From: Thermoplasmata archaeon | Lineage (GTDB): Archaea > Thermoplasmatota > Thermoplasmata > Lutacidiplasmatales > UBA184 | NCBI GenBank assembly: GCA_021828195.1 | Contig: JAKASQ010000001.1 | Coordinates: 532,335 to 596,334, forward strand | Direction of reading: 5' to 3' | DNA length: 64,000 nt | Shown: piece after piece, positions 37,447-45,288 of the stretch | Position numbering within the stretch: position 1 is the first letter of the stretch | How the letters are laid out: the number at the start of each line of letters is the position of its first letter | Notes under the pieces: model-generated | Databases searched by the model: none | Told to the model about the DNA's origin: nothing | The model's input: only the letters and a program-made list of their open reading frames with translations | Position numbers and translations under genes: made by a program

Positions 37447-38667
37447 ATGGACATTGCCTTCTTCACCGATTCCTATCTCCCGACGCGCGACGGCGTCGCC
37501 GTGACCGTCGATGGGCTCGCGCGATCGCTCACTCGGCAGGGCCATCAGGTCCATGTCTACGCGCCGCACGCGGTCCGCGGCGTGCCGACCCGGGAGTCGG
37601 TGGAGGGGGGCGTCCGGGTCGTGCGTTTCCGTTCGGTACCGGTGCCGTTGTACCCCCAGTACTCCCAGCCCCTGTTCTCCTCCGTCCTTCCGCTCTGGGC
37701 GCGCTCGGCCGAGCGGGTGCTATCGCAAGCCGATGTCGTCCACGTTCACTCCCCGGGGTTCATCGGCAGCATCGGCTTCCTGCTGGCGCGCCATCTCCGC
37801 GCCCCGCTCGTCGGGACGTTCCATACCAACCTCGGCGCGATGCAGGACAGCGTTCCTTCGAAGTGGCTGATCCCCACGTTCTTCCGCCTCGCGTGGTGGT
37901 ACAACGTCGGCCTGTACTGGCGATGCAACATCACGACCGCACCGACCGAAGCGGCGCGCTCGGCGCTGCTCGCGCACGCCTCCAAGCCGTTCCGCCGGCC
38001 CGTCGAGGTCATCCCGAACGGCATCGATCTTGGCAACTTTCACCCCGGCCTGAGCGTGCCCGACTGGAGGACGCGTTGCGGCCTTCGGCCCCATCCCCTG
38101 GTCACCTACCTCGGTCGGCTGACGGTGGACAAGGGCGTCCACCGCTTCCTGGACGCGATCGCGAACGCCGCCGGTCTCACGGACATGGTGGCGATCGTCG
38201 GAGGGACCGGGCCCGAAGAGACGGCGGTGCGCGAGCGGATCGCGCGCGATGACCGTCTCTCCGGCCGGGTACGCTACGTCGGGCCGGTCGTGGAAGCCGA
38301 GAAAGGGGCGCTGCTCGCCCAATCGTCGATCTTCGTGCTTCCGTCGACGAGCGATACCGCGAGCATCGGGATGCTCGAGGCCATGGCCTGTGGCACCCCC
38401 TGCATCGGCCCCGATGTCGGCGGGCCGGCGGAGATCGTCCAGGACGGGGTCACGGGCCGGCGAGTCGCCGTTCAGGACCCCGCGGCGCTCGCGCGCGCGA
38501 TCGTCACCCTGGTCGATCGTCCCCAGGAGCGGCGTCGCATGGGAGAGAACGCCCGCGCGTTCGTTCGAACGACGGCCTCGATCGACGCGATGGCATCGCG
38601 CGTATCCGAGCTCTATCGGCGACTGATCGACCAAGGCGCCTCGCCAAGGCGGTCCGGGTCCGGCTAG
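37447..38667 (+). CDS. Glycosyltransferase family 4
   Basis: IAFFTDSYLP.RDGV, VHVHSP, GTFHT, IPNGID, YLGRL..DKG, LEAMACGTP. Confidence 0.92.
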   Translation: MDIAFFTDSYLPTRDGVAVTVDGLARSLTRQGHQVHVYAPHAVRGVPTRESVEGGVRVVRFRSVPVPLYPQYSQPLFSSVLPLWARSAERVLSQADVVHVHSPGFIGSIGFLLARHLRAPLVGTFHTNLGAMQDSVPSKWLIPTFFRLAWWYNVGLYWRCNITTAPTEAARSALLAHASKPFRRPVEVIPNGIDLGNFHPGLSVPDWRTRCGLRPHPLVTYLGRLTVDKGVHRFLDAIANAAGLTDMVAIVGGTGPEETAVRERIARDDRLSGRVRYVGPVVEAEKGALLAQSSIFVLPSTSDTASIGMLEAMACGTPCIGPDVGGPAEIVQDGVTGRRVAVQDPAALARAIVTLVDRPQERRRMGENARAFVRTTASIDAMASRVSELYRRLIDQGASPRRSGSG

Positions 38668-38692
38668 CCCGTGGACGAGGCTCGGGAAGGGG

Positions 38693-38800
38693 CGGGCCTG
38701 TCGGGAGCTTCCGTCCCGGGCGGCCGTCGCCGCGGGACCTTTGAACCCGAGTTTGCTGGCTTAGAAGGCCAGTGCTTCATCCAAGCTAAGCTACAGGCCC
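38693..38800 (-). tRNA. tRNA-Arg(TCT) with a 33-nt intron in the T-loop (38707-38739, position 59/60)
   Basis: Minus strand: acceptor GGGCCTG/CAGGCCC-G; D-stem GCTT/AAGC; anticodon arm CTGGC-CTTCTAA-GCCAG; T-arm TCGGG-TTCAAA|intron|T-CCCGA; TTAAG about 25 nt upstream. Confidence 0.92.
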
Positions 38801-38826
38801 GGAGGGTCGGTACGAGCCCTCGCCCC

Positions 38827-39399
38827 TTAATCCTTGGCTCGCGCTCGGCCGCTTCCGGCCGAGGCGATCAGGTGGGCGAGGCGCAACGGTTCCGGCCAAA
38901 AGCCCCGTACCGTGGTTCGCCGGATCAACGCGAGCGCGTCGACCCGGCGGCAGCCCACGACGCTCGCGAAGATCGGCCGCCCGGAAGTGGGCACCGGGAA
39001 CAGGCGATGGGCCGTGAGGAGTGCGTAGCGACGTCGCGCGTCCCGCGAGAACCACTTCACGAGGGCGGCCCGTATCCGTGCGAGGTCCGGGGCCCGGCGC
39101 GTCAGGCTGACGACCGGTAGGCGGAGCTCGCCCGCGAGTCGATCGAGATCGACCACGTTGAACCCTCCGAGTACGACCCCGTCCACGAGTACCGCCCGGA
39201 GATCCGCGAGGTGTCCGGTCCGGCGCACGAGCTCGACCGCGCGCTCGGTCGCGTCGCGGCCGTCGACCTCGACCGAGCCCACCTCGACCGCCTCGACATA
39301 CTCCGGAGCGGAGACCGTGACCGCGGCGATGGGAGCGCGACGATCCACGCGACGGAAGGCACCGTCATCGATGCCGACGACCCGGACATGCGGTTTCAC
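38827..39399 (-). CDS. DUF99 family (endonuclease V-like, COG1628) protein
   Basis: VVGIDDGAF, VDGRDATE, VDGVVLGGFNVVD, PEPLRLAHLIA. Confidence 0.88.
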   Translation of the reverse strand: MKPHVRVVGIDDGAFRRVDRRAPIAAVTVSAPEYVEAVEVGSVEVDGRDATERAVELVRRTGHLADLRAVLVDGVVLGGFNVVDLDRLAGELRLPVVSLTRRAPDLARIRAALVKWFSRDARRRYALLTAHRLFPVPTSGRPIFASVVGCRRVDALALIRRTTVRGFWPEPLRLAHLIASAGSGRARAKD

Positions 39400-39447
39400 G
39401 AGCGCACGACGCAACGATATGACCCTGTGCGGGGTCGTTGCCGCCGG

Positions 39448-40365
39448 ATGTCGTCGGACGTGCTCCCGGTCCGGTGTCCGCACTGCGGCACGACCTTCGG
39501 TGTCCTCCCCGGCTTGGGTCCTGCGACGCAGTGGATTCCGTGCCCCCAATGTCGTACCCCGGTGCCGGTCGTGCTCCCGCGCGACCCTCCGCCCCTCTTC
39601 AGCTGGGAGATCTACCCCGGTCTATATCCCCGCTACATTCCCCCGCGGCCGCCCCGGGTGCGTCGCCGGCCGGCCACAATCTACGTCCTCTTCGCGTCGC
39701 TCGTGATCTGCGCAGGGCTCGTCGGCGCGTTCGGCTACATCGCGGTCCTCGCTCAACAGCCGTCGACCTACACCGTGAGCGGAACGGTCATCGCTCCGAA
39801 CGGCCTGCCGCTCGCAGGGGCTCAGGTCGAACTGACGACAGAGGCAGACCAGTCCTCGAGCGTCACGACGGGACCCGCGGGGACGTTCTCCTTTGCGAAC
39901 GTGCCGGTCGGCGGAATCCTCGTCAATACGACGAAGGCCGGCTACGCCTACACCGCGGTCTACCTCTTCCTCTCGACGGTGTACGTATCGGGGGGATCGT
40001 CGACCGGGATCTCCCTGACCCTGAATCCCGCTCCGGCGAACAGCACCACGATCTACGTCACGCCGTTCCCGACGCTCGAGTCGTTCGTGGCGGACCTGGG
40101 GGCGGCCGCAGGATTGCTCGCCCTGGTCGCAATCGTCGATGGGTTCGCGATACTTCGCACGCGTCGATCCTCGCGCCCGATCTTCGGCGTCGCGGCCGGG
40201 CTCGGATCGCTCCTCGCCCCTCTACCCATCGCGCTCCTCAGCATCGAGGTGGCCGCGCCGATCCCGTCCCTGATGACGATCCCGGTGGCTGTGCTCGGCG
40301 GCTTCGCCGCCGGGATCGGGCTGGTCGAGATGGCCCTCGCCGGACAGCCTTCGGAGGCGGCCTAG
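39448..40365 (+). CDS. Membrane protein with N-terminal Zn ribbon and extracellular carboxypeptidase-regulatory-like beta-sandwich
   Basis: CPHC...CPQC; TM; TVSGTV..PNG.PL.GAQV...TG..GTFSF.NVP.G; three C-terminal TMs. Confidence 0.75.
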   Translation: MSSDVLPVRCPHCGTTFGVLPGLGPATQWIPCPQCRTPVPVVLPRDPPPLFSWEIYPGLYPRYIPPRPPRVRRRPATIYVLFASLVICAGLVGAFGYIAVLAQQPSTYTVSGTVIAPNGLPLAGAQVELTTEADQSSSVTTGPAGTFSFANVPVGGILVNTTKAGYAYTAVYLFLSTVYVSGGSSTGISLTLNPAPANSTTIYVTPFPTLESFVADLGAAAGLLALVAIVDGFAILRTRRSSRPIFGVAAGLGSLLAPLPIALLSIEVAAPIPSLMTIPVAVLGGFAAGIGLVEMALAGQPSEAA

Positions 40366-40856
40366 TGCGAACCCCGCGGGTCCACCGTCGCGCGCCGCGC
40401 GTTCTTCTCGATCGGGCGTCGGGTCCGATAGCCCCCCGAGAGCGGGTGGTAGTACGCCACCCGGTCCTCCCCGCGCTGCCAACATAGGAACACGAGCTCC
40501 CCGTCGACCGTACCATAGAAGTCAATCAGGCCGCTGTCGAGGTCCTTGATCTCGATCCCTTCCTCGCGCAAGGCCCCGACCCGGTCTTCGATGCGCTGCG
40601 TGAGCCGACGCCATTCCTGGTCCAAGCGGTCCTTGTGCTCGCGATCGGGCAGGTCCGCTGAATCGATCTCCGACCCCCAGAATGACGCGAGCCGGTGGAC
40701 CTCCTCGTGCACCGCGCGCAGGCGGTCGACCATGACCCGGAGCTGAGGCAGCACCTCGTCGAGCTGGGGCAGGTGAGCATTGGCTTGCTCGACCGTCCAC
40801 CGCCGAGCGATGGCCGGACGCGGCTCGGGAGTTTCGCGCGCCATGGTTCCTCTCAT
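40362..40856 (-). CDS. DUF2203 family protein (start may be 40844)
   Basis: WTVEQANA.LP, GIEIKD.DSGLIDF, VFLCW..GE..VAYYH...GY..RRPI. Confidence 0.88.
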   Translation of the reverse strand: MRGTMARETPEPRPAIARRWTVEQANAHLPQLDEVLPQLRVMVDRLRAVHEEVHRLASFWGSEIDSADLPDREHKDRLDQEWRRLTQRIEDRVGALREEGIEIKDLDSGLIDFYGTVDGELVFLCWQRGEDRVAYYHPLSGGYRTRRPIEKNARRATVDPRGSH

Positions 40857-40866
40857 CCTACGATGC

Positions 40867-41060
40867 GACTGCCGGTATTTACGCCTGTGACATCCTCCAC
40901 CGAACGAGTTCGGTGGCTTCCTCCGGGACTCAAGTTGCTACCCCCGTGCCCCGTGGCGGTTCCTGCCTCCTCGACCGGACTCGCCGCCCCTTGCGGTGCG
41001 GTGGAGGTCCAATCTCCACAGGCGTGGATTCCCCGGTGCCCCCGGGTACTGCCCGAAGAG
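40867..41060 (-). ncRNA. Predicted TnpB omega/reRNA (5' boundary approximate), guide AGGCGTAAATACCGGCAGTC at 40886-40867
   Basis: By family rule the RNA overlaps the tnpB 3' end, includes the right-end hairpin and runs into the flank. Confidence 0.55.
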
Positions 41061-42247
41061 CGCGCGCGAGGACGTTCCTCGCCGCGTTCAGGTCTCGATC
41101 CATTACGAGGCCGCACCGACACTCATACGTGCGGTCCGGGAGCGTGAGCGGAGGGTCGTGGAGACGGCCACAGGCCGAGCAGCTCTGCGTCGTGTTCTTC
41201 GTGGGAACTTCCACGTATCTCCCGGAGCGCCGGGCCTCCTTGTACTGGGACATCTGTCGGAGCATCCCCCATCCGGCATCGGCGGTGGACTTCGGGAAGG
41301 CCCCCTCCATGTGGCTGCGCAGGTCCATGTCCTCGAAGGCGATCAGGTCGTGGGACTTCGCCCACCCCGTCGTGAGCTTGTGAGCAACGTCCCGCCGCTG
41401 GTCTCGCACCTTCGCGTGACATCGGGCGAGCCGCACCTTCGCCTTCTCCCGATTGTGCGAACCCCTCTTTCTCCGGGAGACGACCCGCTGGGCGCGAGTG
41501 AGGCGGTCCTCGGCCCGTCGCAGGAACTTCGGGGGATCCACCACCTCTCCGGTCGAGAGGGTGGCGAGGTGGGAGAGACCGAGGTCCACCCCGACCGGGG
41601 AGACGGGCGGCGTCACCGGTGGGAGAGATGGGTCCGGGACCTCCAAGGTGAGCACAGCGAACCAACGGTCGCCCTCCCGCTGGATGGTACAGGTCTTGAC
41701 CCGACCCTCGGGGGGAGCGCGATGGACTTTGATGGGGATCTCTCCGATCATCGATAGCCGAAGTCGCCGGGTCCCGTTGCGGCTCGGAACGATGGCCGCC
41801 GAGCCGTTAGAGTCCGGGTAGCAGAGCGATGTGACCTCGCGCTTGAACCGCGGGAACCCGGGCCGTCCGCCCTCTTTCACCCGCCGGAAGAAGTGCCCGA
41901 AGGCGTCACCGAGCCGGGCGAGGGACTCCTGCGCCACGTGGCCGTAGACGCGCCCGATGCCCTCCTTGTCGTAGGCTCTCCATCGGGCGAGGTCCCGACA
42001 CTGGCCCACATACGAGATCGAACGCGCTTTCTTCCGCCATGCCTCCTGCCGATGTTCGAGAGCGTAGTTCCACAAGAACCGCAACTCCTCCAGTTGACGG
42101 AGGAGTTCCCTCTCCTGATTCGGAAACGGGTAGAGGCGGTACTTGGTCGGTTGATACATCGAGGGTAGCGGTGGCCGTACTGTACCGGATCGCATAAGGG
42201 GCTCGCTAACCCCCCAACAAGTTGGGGGGCTTGCGCTCGCCGGCATC
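40887..42247 (-). mobile_element. tnpB-only IS200/IS605-family element (IS1341-like), no tnpA
   Basis: Left: TTGAC (42252-42248), then CAAG plus hairpin CCCCCCAAC/GTTGGGGGG (42210-42229). Right: GAAG plus hairpin CCACCGAAC/GTTCGGTGG (40897-40916), then GGATGTCAC ending at 40887. Confidence 0.85.
40930..42159 (-). CDS. tnpB: RNA-guided endonuclease TnpB
   Basis: KYRLYP, GFPRFK, RuvC VGVDLG / IAFEDM / DRDLNAARN, TTQSCSAC..CRC zinc finger. Confidence 0.95.
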   Translation of the reverse strand: MYQPTKYRLYPFPNQERELLRQLEELRFLWNYALEHRQEAWRKKARSISYVGQCRDLARWRAYDKEGIGRVYGHVAQESLARLGDAFGHFFRRVKEGGRPGFPRFKREVTSLCYPDSNGSAAIVPSRNGTRRLRLSMIGEIPIKVHRAPPEGRVKTCTIQREGDRWFAVLTLEVPDPSLPPVTPPVSPVGVDLGLSHLATLSTGEVVDPPKFLRRAEDRLTRAQRVVSRRKRGSHNREKAKVRLARCHAKVRDQRRDVAHKLTTGWAKSHDLIAFEDMDLRSHMEGAFPKSTADAGWGMLRQMSQYKEARRSGRYVEVPTKNTTQSCSACGRLHDPPLTLPDRTYECRCGLVMDRDLNAARNVLARALRAVPGGTGESTPVEIGPPPHRKGRRVRSRRQEPPRGTGVAT

Positions 42248-42319
42248 GTCAATCGCACACCCTTCCGATGGTGACCTCGGGATGAACGGCCCCGAGCGCC
42301 CGGCCGGACGTAGAGACGT

Positions 42320-43570
42320 TCACGGGGCGTGGATCGAGAGTCGCTCGACCGGCCAGTGGGCGCCCCGGTACGCGCGCTCAACCTCGAGGCCGTGCGCTCC
42401 GTCCCGTACCTCGAGTTCGATCTCGACGGTCACCCGGCCCGGCGGTAGGTCGGGCGACTCGCGCTCGTGGTTAAGATGGCGGACGTTGGCGCCGGAGTCG
42501 GCGGCGATCTTCAAGAACGCTGCGAGCTGGCCGGGAACGTCGCGCATGGTGGAGCGCAGCCGAAGCAGCCGGCCCTCCGCGGCGAGCCCGATGAAGAGCA
42601 CGTGATCGAGCACGAACGGATCGAGGTTACCCCCGCTGACGACGACGACCACGGGACCGTCGCGCGCGAGCTCGGGGTGCTCAAGGAGTCCGGCGGTCGC
42701 GGCCGCCCCGGCGCCTTCGGCGAGCACCTTCGCGAGCTCGAGGAGCAGGAACGAAGCTCGCGCAATCGCACGATCGTCGACCACGAAGGCTCGTGCGTGC
42801 ACCGCACGGAGGATCTCGAGCGGCAACTGACCGATGCGGCGTGTCGCGAGCCCGTCGGCGAAGGTGTTCGGAGTCGCTCCCTCGACGACCTTGCCCGCGG
42901 CGAGCGACGCCCGCAGCGTGTCCGCGCCGGTCGATTGGATCCCGATCACCTCGGCCGAACTGTCCTGCGCGTGAAGGCCGGCCGCGATTCCCGACAGAAG
43001 GCCCCCGCCCCCCACCCCCGCGATCACCCGGCGCACCGTCGGTAGGTCCTCGAGGATCTCGAGGCCGACTGTGCCTTGGCCGGAGATGACGTCGGGATCG
43101 TCGTAGGGATGCACGTACGTCAGCCGCTCTCGGGCGGCGAGCCGGAGGGCGTACTCGTGCGCTTCATCGTAGTTCGCGCCGTGTAGCAAGACCCGCGCCC
43201 CCAGCGACCGGGTCCGGGTGATCTTGAGCGGGGACGCGGTCTCGGGCATCACGATCGTCGCGGGGATTCCCCGCTCGCGGGCCGCCCAGGCCACACCTTG
43301 TGCATGGTTACCCGCCGAGGCCGCGGCGACGCCCCGACGAGCGTCGTCCTCGGGGATCTGCGCGATCCGGTTGATGGCCCCTCGGATCTTGAAGGCGCCG
43401 GTCGCCTGGAAGTTTTCGAGCTTGAGATACACCGCGGCGTCGCCGAGCCCAGGAAGCGGAGGGGCTCGTACGAGCGGAGTCCGGACGATGTGCCCGCGCA
43501 GCCGGGCGGCCGCGGCGAGGACATCGACGGGGCGTCCCGCGTCTCCCAACACGATCGGCGAGTTCCCCAC
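42320..43570 (-). CDS. ilvA: Threonine ammonia-lyase with C-terminal ACT domain
   Basis: LKLENFQATGAFKIRGA, SAGNHAQGVA, GQGTVGLE, VGGGGL, SGGNLD, DVPGQL; start inferred from TATA spacing. Confidence 0.9.
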   Translation of the reverse strand: MGNSPIVLGDAGRPVDVLAAAARLRGHIVRTPLVRAPPLPGLGDAAVYLKLENFQATGAFKIRGAINRIAQIPEDDARRGVAAASAGNHAQGVAWAARERGIPATIVMPETASPLKITRTRSLGARVLLHGANYDEAHEYALRLAARERLTYVHPYDDPDVISGQGTVGLEILEDLPTVRRVIAGVGGGGLLSGIAAGLHAQDSSAEVIGIQSTGADTLRASLAAGKVVEGATPNTFADGLATRRIGQLPLEILRAVHARAFVVDDRAIARASFLLLELAKVLAEGAGAAATAGLLEHPELARDGPVVVVVSGGNLDPFVLDHVLFIGLAAEGRLLRLRSTMRDVPGQLAAFLKIAADSGANVRHLNHERESPDLPPGRVTVEIELEVRDGAHGLEVERAYRGAHWPVERLSIHAP

Positions 43571-43743
43571 GTCGCACCGATTCGGCCGCGGACCATAATG
43601 GTTGAGGCTCGTCCGGCTCCGAATCCGGCGCCGCGCGGGGGTCGGAATCCGGTCGGGGCGGTGAAGAGCCTCCGTTGGTCTCGCGAGGTAAACCGCCGCA
43701 ATTGGGTCGAGACTCTCAACGACCTTCGGGCCGATTCCAGGGG

Positions 43744-44100
43744 GTGGTCCCAGCTCGATCGCCGGCATCGTCGCGCGTGGATGGATACTTCGAGCGGCTC
43801 CCTCCCAAGTTCCGGGCTGCCATCCCAGAGTAGTGCCGAACGGTCCGATCCGTGGCTCCGGACGTCGAGGAGGTCCTCCGCTACCAGATCCCGGCGTTCC
43901 GTCCGAACTGTAGGCCGATCCATTTCGCGGCGTTCCAGGACGACGGTAGCTTCTTTGCGGGAAGCGTTCGCGTCCAACGGGGATTCTTGGCCGAGCCGCA
44001 CCGGTTTAGGAGCGGGACAGGCACCCGCCACTTCACTTCGGGGCGCCCCCGGCCCGCGGATCTACTCACGCACATCGTGAGGCATGCGTGGCCGAGAACG
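43744..44100 (+). pseudogene. Decayed DUF1801/YdhG-like gene
   Basis: VDGYFERLPPKFRAAIPE*CRTVRSVAPDVEEVLRYQIPAF...HFAAFQD..SFF...GTGTRHFT..RPRPADLLTHIVR; in-frame TAG 43831-43833; no own terminal stop. Confidence 0.65.
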
Positions 44101-44202
44101 TGGCCCGAAGGGCTCGGTGATTCCGCCGTGCACGCTCGGACGGACAACGCTCCGGCACGATGGTTCGGTCCATCCCGGCAAAAATTCGATTCTCTCTCGG
44201 AA

Positions 44203-44234
44203 GAAATCGCGATTTCGGATAAGGCGTTATATAG
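44203..44234 (+). promoter_or_regulatory. Ribosomal operon promoter (TTATATAG 44227-44234) with upstream perfect palindrome GAAATCGCGATTTC
   Basis: Seen directly, about 50 nt upstream of the rpl3 ATG. Confidence 0.65.
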
Positions 44235-44283
44235 GGTACCTTTCTCCCCCGTCCCCACCGGAGGCAGGACCCCCTATCGACCT

Positions 44284-45288
44284 ATGGCCCGACGTCATAA
44301 ACCACGCCGAGGGTCTCTTGGCTTTTCACCCCGCAAACGCTCCGCTCGAGCGCTCCCCCGAATCCGCTCCTGGGCCCTCGCTCCCACGAAGGCTCCGGCG
44401 ATCGAAGGGTTTGCCGGATTCAAGGTGGGCATGACCCATGCATTCCTCGTAGACTATCGAAAGCGATCCACCACCGCCGGCCAGGAGCTGTCCGTCCCGG
44501 TCACGGTCGTGGAGGTACCTCCCATGCGAGCGGTCGGGGCCCGCATCTACGCACGGAACCCGTACGGTAAGCGGGTCGTCGCCGAGGTATGGGGAGAGAA
44601 CCCGGTCCAGGAGATCGGCCGGCGGATCTCCCCCCACCCACCGAGCTCGACCGAAGCCCGCCTCACGTTCGAGCACGCTGCGGGCGAGGACGTCCGCCTG
44701 ATCGTCCACACGCAGCCCCACCTCATCACGGGGGTTTCATCGAAGACCCCGGAGATTTTCGAGGTCCGCGTCGCGGGGGACCAGTTCGAGGACCGTCGCG
44801 CCTTCGCGCTCACCGCCGTGGGGACCGAGGTTTCGGTCGACCAGCTGACGGCCGAGGGTCAGTTCTTGGATGTCATCGGGGTGACCAAGGGCTTCGGTTT
44901 CCAGGGCCATATTCAGCGCTGGGGAGTCAAGCTCCAGCCTCGCAAGAATTCCAAACACCGCCGAATGATCGGGACCCTCGGTCCGCACAATCCCAGCTTC
45001 GTCACCTATAGGGTTCCTCAAGCCGGGCAAACCGGGTACCACCGCCGTACCCAGCTCAACATGCGGGTCCTCAAGGTCGTCCGGGATCCTCGGACGGACC
45101 CGATCACCCCCGCCGGCGGCTTCCCTCACTACGGCGAGGTCCGCAGCGCGTGTATCGTCCTCCATGGGTCGCTACCGGGCCCGGCGAAGCGCCTCCTGCG
45201 CTTCCGGACCCCGATGCGGGCCCGCGTCAGCACGGTCGAGAAGGTCGACCTCCGCTACTTCAGTACCCGGTCGAAGCAGGGCGCATGA
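44284..45288 (+). CDS. rpl3: 50S ribosomal protein uL3
   Basis: PRRGSLGFSPRKR, GFKVGMTH, TKGFGFQG..RWG, GQTGYHRRT. Confidence 0.97.
   Translation: MARRHKPRRGSLGFSPRKRSARALPRIRSWALAPTKAPAIEGFAGFKVGMTHAFLVDYRKRSTTAGQELSVPVTVVEVPPMRAVGARIYARNPYGKRVVAEVWGENPVQEIGRRISPHPPSSTEARLTFEHAAGEDVRLIVHTQPHLITGVSSKTPEIFEVRVAGDQFEDRRAFALTAVGTEVSVDQLTAEGQFLDVIGVTKGFGFQGHIQRWGVKLQPRKNSKHRRMIGTLGPHNPSFVTYRVPQAGQTGYHRRTQLNMRVLKVVRDPRTDPITPAGGFPHYGEVRSACIVLHGSLPGPAKRLLRFRTPMRARVSTVEKVDLRYFSTRSKQGA

Noticed and set aside
33152-38693. Gene block bracketed by two tRNA genes as a possible integrated island
   Set aside because: No integrase, no duplicated tRNA 3' end (att site), and the content is core mevalonate genes.
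43831-43833. In-frame TAG as possible pyrrolysine recoding
   Set aside because: No pyl genes in the window; surrounding motifs are eroded and the terminal stop is lost, so decay is the simpler explanation.
43852-44283. 144-aa N-terminal extension of uL3 in the ORF track
   Set aside because: It is pseudogene remnant plus promoter sequence; the TATA at 44227 and the conserved N-terminus place the start at 44284.
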